From positions 6,758,001 through 6,822,000 of the forward strand of contig CM052817.1 of NCBI GenBank assembly GCA_028534125.1: a stretch of 64,000 bases of DNA, given 5' to 3'. Source of the DNA: Lama glama. Lineage: Eukaryota. The notes beneath the pieces were generated by a model. That model ran no database searches and was not told where the DNA came from. It saw only the letters and a list, made by a program, of their open reading frames with translations. The translations under genes were made by a program, and so were the position numbers. Shown piece after piece: positions 25,883 through 37,530 of this stretch (the stretch's first letter is position 1; each line of letters begins with the position of its first letter).

Positions 25883-27164
25883 GTCTTACATCTATGAAGT
25901 GGCAGAGCAAGGGTTCAAACCCAAATCTTTCCGACTCCCAGATTTCTGTTTTTGTCCGTACGCAATGCATATTAACCCGAGAATTTTGCGGAAAGGAAAA
26001 CCACACAGAGAATCCAGTGATTCCCTTATTAAACACTTCTAATATCCACTGAAATGCTGGAGTTGGTGTCCTGGGCTGTGTGAAGCCGCATCTGCCCAGG
26101 GCAGTTGAGGGAGGGGATGATCAGCCCTGCTATTGTTTCCTTGAACAGCCTTAGGATAAATTCCTTGTGGTCAGAACGTCAGCTATTTTTCTAAGAAGGA
26201 CCAGTTGACCCTGCAGGCCTGTAATTTCCTGACTCTCAAGCCAGCGGGTCTGGGCCATTCAGGCGAGCCCCAGGTGGCCCCGGGGTAAAAGGACTGATGC
26301 CCGCCTGCTTGGATTCATGTCCGTCCAGAAAGGAACTGGGAAAATGCGGGTGCCAAGAATCAAGGAAGAGGTGGAAAAGGTCTTTCTTCCGTGTTCAGAG
26401 TATTTTCCATATCACATTGGTTATTCAGTCCACGGGAACGTGCTGTTGGCAGGGTGCGTGTGCGGAGAGCGGGGCTGGGGTGAGGGGAAGTGCACCAGTG
26501 GTTTAGAGAAACAGGATCTGCCTCACGTTTGTGTTCAGGAGAGGTGGGGCGGGTTCTCAAGAGCGTATCTGGCCTGGGGTCAGAAAGTCACAGAGTTTCA
26601 AGTGTTTGCCTCTTCCACGAAAACTCTGAACTTCAAATTCCTGATGGGAATGCCTGGAGACAGGGCATTGTCTTAGACAATGGAGGTAAAAATACATTTT
26701 CAGGATCACTGGACGATGAAACAGAAAAACAATGTGAGAGATCCCTGTTACTTCCACCAAGGAAGAGAAAACTCAAGGACCCACTGGGAAAACAAGATCA
26801 ACCAACCGCCTTGCAATCAGAAAGAACAGCTTAAGATGCTATTTAACTTGGGCGAAGCCACGTGGCGTAAACTCCTGGCCCTACAGAAAGATGGAGATAA
26901 AAGACAGGGCTCAAAACAGCTAAAAAAACGTCCAAAAAACTTCAGGGCAAAGGTGAGACTTGAGGAAGAAGAGAAGGAAACTGATGAGTATACTTTCAGT
27001 AACTGGTATTGGGTGCATTTCCGCAGCATGCATGCATAAATCCTAGAATCCTCGTAAAACATGTGCAGGGAGTTTCGTTGTGCTTAACCTTGTGGCCACA
27101 GGTTCAGAGAGGTAAAGACTAGTTTTCTTTTTTCTTTTTTTTTTGCAGTGAAAGTCACAGCTCT

Positions 27165-27320
27165 TTCATCAGAACCATTTGGGATGCTTGTTAAACAGAA
27201 ACACCTGAATCCTCCTGCAAGCCTACAGAATCAGAATCTTTCGGGATGCAACCAGGAATTTGCATCTCTTAAAGTCTCCTGAGTGATGCTTACACATAAT
27301 ATAGTTGGAGAACGACTGTT
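27165..27320 (+). mobile_element. MER5A/B hAT MITE (second degenerate MER5 follows to ~27500)
   Basis: 'catcagaaccatttgggatgcttgttaaa...cctacagaatcagaatct...ccaggaatttgcat...ttggagaacgactg'. Confidence 0.75.
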
Positions 27321-27559
27321 CGAATTATCACCTTCACATTGAGAACCACCTGAGTACCTTGAAACATACTCATGCATGCGTCCTACTCTCAGAGACGATG
27401 ATTAAATTATCATTAAATCACACAGTCTGGGCATTGGGATTTATAGAGGCTCTAACAGGAAGTTCAATAATTAGCCTGATTTGAAACTTTCGCTGAGGGT
27501 CCACTTACATCTGTGACAGTTATGACTCCAGCAAGACAATGTTACTGAAAAAAATATAT

Positions 27560-27682
27560 AGTATATTCAGTTATATTTGAATTTCAGATTAAAAATGATT
27601 CTTTTTTTTACAACTTGTCTATTGCAATTATTGCATTGAACATATTCATACTCAAAAATTATTTGGCAAATTTGGCAACTGT
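27560..27682. mobile_element. MER53-like hAT MITE remnant
   Basis: 'cagttatatttgaatttcagat...catactcaaaaattatttgg...tggcaac'. Confidence 0.55.
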
Positions 27683-27863
27683 TAAGTCCAGGGTTGGTGT
27701 CTCCAATGCCAAAATTCACTATTTTTGACTATACTGTGGTGTTTCTCTTTCTTACTTCTGTAGGATCTGTGAACTTTGAATAGGGCACACTCATCACTAA
27801 AATCATCATCCACAGACATCTCCCAGTAAAAGTAAATTAATAGCAATATACAAATACTGCTTG

Positions 27864-28443
27864 TGAGACAGGAAGGGGGCAGGGCACAGCCATTCAAGGA
27901 ATGCTACGGCAATTAACATCAAAATGGTGAAAGATTCAACCCCCAGGAGGTCTTGAGGCTCAAGATGGTGGGAGACTTAACTTCTAGTAGACCTTGAGCT
28001 TCATTATACTCCCATTGGTAAATAACATGCCCACAGGCACCATGGCAGTCCAAAAGCTAGCTACAAAAGGTCAAAGAGTGGCCAACTTCCCCAGACTAGT
28101 TAGACTGGTCCTTCCACTTATTAGCGTATGAACTCACTGAGCCCATGGTCGGTGTCTCACAGCTGCCACCCCGTCACCTCTCCATTTGGAGACACCCCAT
28201 ATTCTGTCTATGGTGTGTGTACCTACTTTTAATCTGAGCACCCAACCCCCACACCTTGTGGCCTTTCTCTTGCCTTTCAATGTATCTCTCTGAATAAATC
28301 TACCTTAACTCAACTGTGGCTTGCTCTTGAATTCTTTCCTGCGTGAAGCCAAGGACCCACACTTAGCGGGGCGCAACACAGGGGCTCATCTGAAGCCTGG
28401 CACGTGGCCCTGCTTATGCCTCACGTCCGTTTTTCCTGCATCA
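27864..28443 (+). mobile_element. MER41-like ERV1 solo LTR, copy 1
   Basis: TGAGACAGGAAGGGGGCAGGGCACAGCC...CTCTTGAATTCTTTCCTGCGTGAAGCCAAGGACCC...TTCCTGCATCA; AATAAA 28293-28298; flanks ttg/ttg. Confidence 0.85.
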
Positions 28444-28492
28444 TTGGACATTATACAAAGTGAGAATCTCTTGATCAGTCAAGCCTCGTCTC

Positions 28493-29445
28493 CTATATTA
28501 GTTTTTTTGCTGCCAGAACAGATTACTATAAACTTGGTATTACATGTGTGTTGTCTTACAGTTATGGTTCAGTAGTCTGACGTTAAGTCTCACTGAACTA
28601 AAGTCAAGATGTCTGGGAACCTGTTCCCTTGCCTTTTCTAGCTTTTGGAAGCCACACACATTTCTAGGCTCATGGCCCTCTTTCTTCCTTCAAAGGCAAA
28701 ATGTTTTATTTTTCTGACCATTCTTTTGTATGAGTCATTCTTCCTTTGACTGTCAGGAGGGAAGGTGGCAGGGCACAACCATTAAAAGAACGACACAGCA
28801 ATTAGCACCAAGATGGTGGAAGATTCAGCTCCCAGTAGACCTTGAGCTTCATTACAGACGCCTTGTAACCTATTAGCTGTTAAATGGCCCTCCCACAGGC
28901 ACCATAAAAGGTCAAAAAATGAGTGATGGCCCAATTCCCGGGAATCCCAGCTCCTTCCCCAAAGCAGTTGGAATAACCCTCCCACTTGGTAGCCTATGAT
29001 ATTACCACGTCCATAAAAACTAACCATCTTGCACCTCTTAGTCGCTCTCTCACCTTCAGAGGCGGTCCACACTCTGTCTATGGACTGTGCATCTCTGAAG
29101 AAATCTCCAACTATGGCTCGCTCTTGAATTCTTTACCATGGGAAGCCAAGGACCCTTGCTTTGTGGGGTGCATCCCAGAGGCTCACCTGAGGCCTAGGAC
29201 ACTGCCATTCTCTCATGCCCCATGTTCCTATACAATAATCACAGCTAGGAAATGTTCTCCTCTTTTAAGGACTAGACTTGGTTCACCTAGATAATCCAGG
29301 CTACTCTCCCGACCTCAAGATTATAATTTAGTCGCATCTTTAAAGCCCTTTTGCCATGTAAAGAAATATATTCACAGGTTCCAGGCATTAGGGTATGGAT
29401 AGTACCTAATACCTTCGGGAAGTGCACAGTATTCTGCCTGCCATA
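28493..29445 (-). mobile_element. MLT1D-like MaLR LTR interrupted by MER41-like copy 2
   Basis: Left half to 28750 ('cctgttcccttgccttttctagc...tttgac') resumes at ~29236 ('cacagctaggaaatgttctcctcttttaaggact...gataatccagg'). Confidence 0.8.
28751..29235 (+). mobile_element. MER41-like ERV1 solo LTR, copy 2 (nested in MLT1D)
   Basis: Shares blocks with copy 1 ('ggcagggcac', 'caagatggtgg', 'agtagaccttgagcttcatta', 'cccacaggcaccat', 'gctcttgaattcttt', 'gaagccaaggaccc'); degenerate TSD tgac/taat. Confidence 0.85.
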
Positions 29446-29664
29446 CCTCCTAGTTTGTTTATTTTATAAATTAGATTTTTAAAAATTGATTCTCTGGAAG
29501 CAATGCAATCTTATAATATGATATAACATAATATAAATATCCTATATAACATACTATATTATTCCTGAAAGCTGATGCTAAACTTTTATTTTTTTAAGCA
29601 GAATCAGTAAGAAAGAGGTGTAAAGTGCAAGTTGCAAAGATGGCTGTTTATCCCACTCAGCAAT

Positions 29665-29870
29665 CACTTATTTAGTGCTCACTTTGTTCCAAGTCTTAGT
29701 CTAAACACTAAAAGTGTTAACCCATTTAATCCCTATGTAACAGCACCATAAACTAAACCCTTGTAATATTATTACCATTTTACAGATGAGATATAAAGTC
29801 CAGAGAGGTTTATTAGCTTCTCTAAATTTACCAAGTTGGATTTACCACCAAAAGTGGTGGAAATGGATTC
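29665..29870 (-). mobile_element. MIR SINE
   Basis: 'cacttatttagtgctcactttgttcca...ccattttacagatgag...cagagaggtt'. Confidence 0.75.
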
Positions 29871-30759
29871 CAAAAGAATGTTTTAGACATTCCTCTCTCC
29901 TTTGAGCTTTTTCATGCCCACTGCATCCATGGGCAAGGCGAACAGGACTGAATGAATACTCAATCATAGAAAGAAATTTTAGAAATTCCTGCAACCTTTA
30001 GTTTGAAAAATAGGATCTTGAGTAAATGATTTTATCAGTGATAGTGTTTCTTAAAAACTATGTAGTAAGAGGGATGTGAGGCTGAAGAAATGCTGGGCGT
30101 TAGTTTAGTTTAAACATTTAATTAAGGTTTAGGATTTGTTTTAGGTTAGCAGACTATCATCAGATGGGACTCAGTGAGTCTGGGCTACAGATAAGGCAGA
30201 GCCATGGGAAGCCCGGCTCTGACCCAGCCTCAGATAATTAGGGACCAGAGTGTACGCTTTCAGGTCCCCGCTTACTGCAATCTAAATAAAAATGCTTCGG
30301 GCTGTGAGATTCCTTTTTAGAGGGGCTGGTGTTGTTTGGAAAGACAGGGAAGCCAAAATACTAGTATTCACCCAAGATTTGCTCTTCAGAAACACTCAGT
30401 AAAAGTACAGTGAAGGCCTTCCCTTTCTCAGCACTTCTCTGTGTAAGCACCATGCACGTCTCCAACGCATATTTCTGTCTAATTTTTGCACTGTGTGCAT
30501 TTAGGCAGGCCATCACAGTTCCTTTCGGAACAAGTGTCCAAGTCAAATGCATATTCCCCAGCATCATTCTTGTCGGAAAGACACCGGCGAAAGGAAAATG
30601 ACAGCAGAAAAACCAACACACTGGACAAATGCCCCCCCACCAAGTCCTTGTCATCACAGAAGCACCTAGCATTTGTTTAGGTAAAAAAAAAAAATGAGTA
30701 ATGAGCTCTATAATTAAAATTAAGGCCTTGCTTTTCTTTCTGCCTCATTGCTATGGTCC

Positions 30760-31105
30760 GTTTGGGGTGCATTCTGATCGCCCCTCTGGATTCACTCTCC
30801 ACCCCAGTCTGCTCTGCCAGGTATCCTGGGAAACGGTCTTATGTGGACTGCACCAGACCAGCTCCTTATCTTCTGGGTTCTCACTGGACTTGGTCAATGG
30901 GATACACCAGCAAAAACAATTGGAGGTAAAAGGAAGGAGAGGCGAAGGGCATTTATTCCTGTGGCTCCTTGTCTGCCCAGCAGCAGGTTGATAGTGACCA
31001 TGATCCGCTTTGGACTACAGCAGCTCCTGTGGGAAGCCCTTTCCTCTAACTTCAGCTTTCACCGGCTCCTCACAGTTGACCTCTCCCCTTCCCCTTAGAT
31101 GTGGC
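30760..31105 (+). mobile_element. LTR33-like ERVL LTR fragment
   Basis: 'ctctccaccccagtctgctctgcc...tggactgcacc...ttggtcaatgggatacaccagca...gcatttattcctgtggctcc'. Confidence 0.7.
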
Positions 31106-31119
31106 TGGAAGTATTTGCT

Positions 31120-33120
31120 CTAATCTAGACTTATTCTAAGTGCAAGAGATGAAGTAGAGAAAAGAAGAGGGGGGCACAAAAAATCCTCCTTTACTGAGGT
31201 TGTAATCTAACGGGAAAGAGACAGAAGATAAACAAAAATAAATAACTAAAATAAAATATGCCAGATGGTGGCCAGTGCTATGAATAAAAACAAATTGAGG
31301 GAAGTGGGCTAGTGAGTGCTGGGCAGGGAAGGTGTGACTATTTGCAAAAGGTGTTCAGGGAAGGCATGAATGACATTTTGGTTAAGGGTTGAAGAAGATG
31401 AAAAACAGTCATGAAACTATGGGAAAGAGCAGCAGAACTGGTAGAAGGGAAAGTATATGTAAAAGCCAAAACAAGAGCTCTCCTGGTGTGTCCATAAAAC
31501 CTCAAGGGTTCAGCAGAACCGGAGAAGAGCGAGGAAGGGGATGGTGGAGATCAGGGAGGTCCCAGGGCCATTTGTGGTGGGGCTTACGTTTCCTTCTAAG
31601 GGATCTGGGTGTTATTTTGAATGATGGGAACCTCTTGGAAGATTGGTGCTGGGAAGTTATGTGACCTGCTCTACCTTTGTAAATATTCACTCTCATTTTT
31701 GTCTGCAGGGCATTCTTGCTTTGTGTGAAAAAAGGAAAAGAAGAACAATTAGAAGTTATTGCAATACTCCTGAGAAAGACCATGATGATTTGGGTCAAGA
31801 AGGGGGGGTGGTGAAAAACTGTCAGAATATGGATTTTTGAAGAAGGAAGAACCAACTGATTTTTTTTTTATATTAGTTAGGGTTCTCTAGGGAAACAGAA
31901 ACAATAGGGTCTGCCTATCTATCTATCTATCTATCTAAACTTCCATCCATCCATCTATCTAAGAGATTCAGAATAAGGAATTGACTCGCAATTGATTATG
32001 GGGGCTAAAAAGTCCCATGATCTGCCACCTGCAATTTGGAGGCCCATGAGAGTCAGTGAAACAGTTCCAACCTGAGTCTGAAGGCCTGAGATTTAGGAAA
32101 ATGAATATTAAAATTCCAGTCCAAGTCTAGAGGCCTGAGAACCAGAAAAGCAGACGTTATAAATTCCAGACCAAGTATAGGAGAAGACCTATGTCCCAGC
32201 TTAAAAACAGTCAGGCAAAGGGCATCTGAAGGGGAAGAGAAAATAGTTAAGAATGTCCATGAAGTTTCTGAGCTGGCCAACTGGAAACTGGAAAGATAAA
32301 GTCTATTCATTGAGTGTGAGAGGTTTTAGTGGGCACGGGGAGTGGGGGCAGGTGGGAAATGGCAGGAAGTAAGCTCTAGGTACGTCAGGTGAGAAATGCC
32401 TCTTTAGCCTCCAAGTGGTGATGTCAAGTCGGCAGTTGGATCTGCACGTTAAGGGTTCAGGGAGAGGTCCTGGCTAGAGATGTGCATTGAGATTTGCCAG
32501 AGCAGGGATGGTACGTGAACCCCTACATCTGGATGCCATCTCCTAGAAAGAAAGTCCAGATGAAGGAAATGCAAGGTCTGAGGCTCATTTAGATGTCTTA
32601 AGAATGAAGTAGAACAAGTTAAGTCGACTGTAAGGAGGCTGCCCAGAAGGAAACCAAGAGAGTGTGGTGTCCTGGAAGTGAGATGAAGAAAATATGACCA
32701 GAAGGAAGAAGGAATCTAACGTTTTAAGTGCTGGTAAGTCAAGCCAGATGGTCTGAGAGTTGCACATTGAATTAGCAATATGGAGAATCCTGGAGAAATA
32801 AACAGGAGTAATATCTGTGGAGAGGAGATCAAAATGGTAGATTGAGTTCAAGAGCAAACAGGAGGAGAGATTGAAGAGTGTGAATGTTGACCACTTATTG
32901 AAAATTCAACTGTAAATGAGGACAGAGAAATGGGGTGATGACTGGAGTTTAAGAAGTAGAATCCAATGAGGGTATTAATTTTTGAATGGAAAAAAAGTAT
33001 ACAATTTTAATCAGACTGATCTAGAATAAAGAAATTGATGATGCACAAAAGAAAGGGAAAATTTGATGGTTACATTCTTGAGTAGACAAAATGAGGAGAT
33101 ATTGGCATTGGGTGATAGAG
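31120..33120 (-). mobile_element. long L2 fragment, interrupted by MLT2
   Basis: Purine-rich antisense L2 text, e.g. 'aaccaagagagtgtggtgtcctggaag', 'ggcagttggatctgcacg...gttcagggagaggtcctggctagagat'. Confidence 0.8.
31869..32222 (-). mobile_element. MLT2B-like ERVL LTR (partial) containing (TATC)n
   Basis: 'tattagttagggttctctagggaaacagaa...aagtcccatgatctgcc...gaggcctgagaaccag'. Confidence 0.85.
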
Positions 33121-34658
33121 CACCTGGCTCATTGAAGCTTGTCTCAGGAAAATCAGAGCTGAATTATTTAGAGCCTTCTCAGCAGATTAATGTAGGTCAA
33201 TGATGAAAGATGATTCATAACCACTTTTGAGGTATATACAGCTATCCGGGAATAATTTTGCTGAGTAAAAAGCAAAATATGTAGATGCATAACTCAATAG
33301 ATAAGAGAAAATCTTAGGCTATAAGGCTTTGTTATGGATTAACAAGGACCATCAAATTAGGAAAATCCTTTTCTATTTTGAGCTGTACTCCATTCTTCTG
33401 TGTTTCTTACCCATTGAACCCAGTTCTTCCTTCAGTCTTTATGGTGATACTTCTCATATCCTATGACTACATTCCTTTGCTCCCTAGTTCTGTCTTCTCC
33501 AGGTTAACCATCTGAGATTTTTTACAAACATTATTTATTTTCATTTCTAGACCCTCCACAATTCCGGTCATTCTCCTCTGACCATGCTTCTGCTTGCCAG
33601 CACCATTTGTGGTTCTTGGAGGTAGCACCAAAATCTGTGTCTGATCCGACCAGCTTGCATTTAGCTGTAGCTCTCATTGTTTCATTTCCCTGGTCACTTT
33701 ATTTCCATATGTGCCCTCATGTTGCATTAGTTCTCTTGATATCCATTTTTGCTTAAAATCTCCTATTACTCATTTCAGAGCCACGGTCGTGTGTTGAAAC
33801 ATTACCCTAAGGACTCCACCTGCATAATCTCACCTAACGCACCCAATCACCCTGTGAAGTCTGTATAGTGAATAGCATTTTGCAATGAGAAAATGGAGAC
33901 TCAGCAAGCCAAAGGGATGTACCAGAATCCCATAGCGAGTAATCACCCTGGACAGACCCCAGGTCTGTCTAGAAACCTGGCTTATACCATTGCTCCAGGC
34001 TGCCCCCAAACTGAATGACTTCCGTGCAGATATGGGTGAGGCAAGAAGAAACAATGTGGTTATGGAATAGATGAGACAAAGCTAATTCTACTGCACAGGA
34101 TTACATTTATTTTAGAAAGCCTCAAGGCGAGGCGCACAGGACTTCTCGTTGGTGGGTATCACATTCTCTGCAGACGTACGAGAGCTGGAATGCACCAGGA
34201 AGTGGCCTCATGAGAAGGAAGTATCTGGTTAGCTAGTTAGTTAGTCATTGCTTTCCTCCTACAGTTCAAAGACAACACCCTGGTACCGATGAGCCATCTT
34301 CCTGCCCAAGGGTGCGTGTGAGAAACGGAACTCAAGAGTCGTAAGTCACCACTCATGGGAATGGTTTCGGCTTCAGATAGCTGTTAAAAGTCAGACTTCT
34401 AAAATGGTATTTTCTGGATACAGTTTCCTAAATTGAGAGGTGAACTTGATAGTGCTGTAACCAGAGCATGAGTGAAAAAAAGACTAGGGTTATACAGGCA
34501 AGTGGTCACAGGACACCCAAACAGAAGGAAACTGCAAGGGGTATTAATTAAGGCATCATCATGGAAGAATATTGTGATTTAGTCTTAAAACAAACCCTTA
34601 GACATTTAGAATTTCAAAGACAGTAATTACTGCTATACCCAGTAGACTTTCTGGCAGC

Positions 34659-34706
34659 CATTTCACCCCAAATCCATCTTTCATTTCACCCCAAATCCAT
34701 CTTTCA
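34659..34706. repeat. perfect 23-bp tandem duplication
   Basis: CATTTCACCCCAAATCCATCTTT x2. Confidence 0.97.
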
Positions 34707-35863
34707 CCCTCAACCTACCTCTGGAAACTCTCCTCACTCTCCCCCATCCTTAATCCCACCTGAGATCCTCACCAGTGCTGCAGTGAAGCTGAGAGCATCA
34801 TTATAAAGACCACACCAAATTACCCCTTGCATCAAACGTCTTTGTCAAAATGACAGTAGGACAATATCCTCCTCTGAGAGGTGGGTACAGTTTAATTCAG
34901 ACCCATGGGCTGGAGCATTAGGAGGTGGGTGGAGACCCCAGCAGAATTTAAGGTGCTCACTAGGGAAAGCTGAAAGCAAATCATGGAGCACAGTTCCTCA
35001 GATAAAGGCCAGGAGAGCAAAAGCTACCAGCCAAGTCTCTCGGCAGGCAAGGGAGCAGATATTGGGTCTAAATCCTGCTCAGCTGGGTCACAGGACAGGC
35101 AATAAGGGCAAATGCTCAGGTAGAGGAGCTGAGGGAAGTGACTCTCCACATTTTAGCCACGTCACTCTTTTGATGCTTCCCCATCTCACTGTCCAAGCCA
35201 GCCCCCCCCCCTCCCGCCCCGCCGGATGCAGAACATTCCCTGAAAGGGCTCTGCATGGGAGTCCTCTCTGTGTTTTGGCTCAAAGAAATGCCCTTTCTCT
35301 TTGTATTTCAATCAAAATGAGCCTTGACTATAAGCTACATTCATCCTGGGTCCTCCTCAGATCCTGCAAGGCAGAACTTCAGCTGTACTCCAGTCACTCG
35401 TGCAAAACTCTGCCTCCATCATGTGGTTTTGGGGACACTTGGCGTCTTGGCTAAAATTGGGTTTCTGAGTGTAAATGGGATATCACCAGGCATATGTCAC
35501 TTCCTACTTTCCTTGCTGTGCCTCAGTTTCCTTGTCTTTAAAATAAGAGCTGGATGACATAGTGCATGTTGAGTACTTAGAATAGTGCTTGGTGCAAAGA
35601 AGGCAGATGTTACTTACCCAAAATGTGAGCCTTTCCGGAGAAGTCCTCATCTTGACCTCACCTCCCTTGTGTACTTTGGTTTACCTTCAGATCAGAAGCC
35701 TCACTGCACTTTTATGTGTTCCCTTGAAGCTACTCTAGTACCTACATGAATGGGTTACATATATTTCAGTTGAACTGAGTACAATAAGCCACTAAGAAGT
35801 TCACAACTGTTACAGACTAACTCTGTTGTTAAATGGAATTTAATGATTATGGGAGATCCAGGC

Positions 35864-36250
35864 TGTATTAGTTGCTGGGACTGCCCTAACAGAATACCCA
35901 CAAACCGAGTGGCTCAGTCAACAGAAATGTATCCTCTCACAGTTCTGAAGGCTACAAGTTCAAGATCAAGGTATCAACAGAGTTGGTTTCTCCTGAAGTC
36001 TTTCTCATTGCCTTGTAGATGGCCATCTTTTCCCTGTCTCTCCACGTGGTATTCCTTCTGTGTTTGCATCCTAATCTTCTCTTTTTATAAGAACAGCAGT
36101 GATGTTAGATTAGGGCCTTTCCATATACCCTTGTTTTAAGTCAATTACCTATTTAATGACCTTATCTCCAAATACAGTCACATTCTGATGTGCTACAAAC
36201 TAGGATTGCAACATAGGATTTGCGGGAGGGGGTAGAATACAGCTCAAACA
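35864..36250 (-). mobile_element. MLT1B-like MaLR LTR
   Basis: 'tgtattagttgctgggactgccctaacaga...ctcacagttctgaaggctacaagttcaagatcaagg...ccttatctccaaatacagtcacattctga'. Confidence 0.85.
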
Positions 36251-37204
36251 TTGAGCTTGAATTGTCAAAACATACCAGGCTGTTTGTTTGTTTTCTATTG
36301 TTTTGTTTTAGTTTGTTTTTCTTTCTGGAGCAGCAATAATCAGAGAGCATAACAGCAACTCAGAATTCTTGCAGCCCCATGAGCCTTGGCCGGGGACAGG
36401 GTAGGGGGAAGGGACACCTTTGCTGGAGACCAGCCATGCCTGGGAAACTGAATGGCTGAGGGAGCTCTAGGAAGAAGCAGATGCAGGAAACAGGGAGACA
36501 GCAGTCCTACCAACACAGCGGACCGGAAAGCAGGCGGCTGAGTCATGGGAGGTGCTCGAACCCCGCCTCCTGGGACAGGCATTGAGTTTGGTGGGGAAAG
36601 TGGTGGCTCCAGACTCAGCAAAAATTGTTTCCTACTCTGGCCCTGCCATTAACTGAAAATAACATCAGTTCCTAGCCTTAGGGAGATTTTTTTTTTTCTT
36701 CTGTAAAATGAGTTAAGGATAACCCTCCCCTAACAGAATGGCCATGAAGTTAATAACGTCATGCATAGAAAGTCTTTTTTATAGTGCTGGACACAGTCTA
36801 AACACTTAAAAAATGAGGATTATGATGATGATTGTTAGTTATAAATTATTATTCTTATTACTATAATTAAATTCAATTGTTATTATTTTACAGAGTTGTA
36901 ATGGGGAGCCTGCTTTTCCTCATCATATGAACCTGTATTTACCTTGTGGCTCATACTCCCAATGTCACAGGAATTTCTCTAAACTCTGTAGCAAGCACCA
37001 TCTTCTTTTCCAAAAATTCCACCAAGCACTACTGGACTCTCTTTGTCTGACTCTCTGGCCCCTGTGTTCTACTTGGACACCAACAGTCTGTAAGCTTTTT
37101 GGGATCCGTGATTTCACTGGGTGAAGAGACAGTCTCAGATATTTTTTCTCACTTCAGGAACCTGCTTTGTGCTTATTCTTCTCAACAGTCTATGAGAAAG
37201 TGAT

Positions 37205-37530
37205 TGTTATGAACTGAATGTTTGTATCTTCCCCTCAAAATCATATAGTGAAGCTGTAACCTCCAATGTAATAGCTTTAGGAGATAGACACTTTCAGAGG
37301 TAATTAAGTGTAGATGAAGTCATAAGGGTGGGTGCCTCATGATAGATTGATGATCTCATAAAAAAGAAGAGACCAGAGCTCTTTCTCTCTCTCCACCATG
37401 TGAGAAAGAAGGGGACTGAGAAGGGGACTGTCTGGAAGCCAGGATGAGGATCTTCACCAAAAACCCAACCAAGATGGCACCTTGATCTTGAACTTCCCAG
37501 CTTCCAGAACAGAATGTCAGTGTTTCCTAT
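37205..37530 (+). mobile_element. MLT1A-like MaLR LTR (3' truncated)
   Basis: 'tgttatgaactgaatgtttgt...tggcaccttgatcttgaacttcccagcttccagaac'; internal 12-bp duplication agaaggggactg x2 (37407-37430). Confidence 0.85.

Noticed and set aside
26266-26280. CTCF-like motif gccccaggtggcc
   Set aside because: Mismatches at the 5' core positions; too weak to call without data.
27864-29235. Two similar LTRs as 5'/3' ends of a deleted provirus
   Set aside because: No PBS/PPT or internal ERV sequence between them; the spacer is mostly MLT1D that resumes after the second LTR; the copies differ by large indels.
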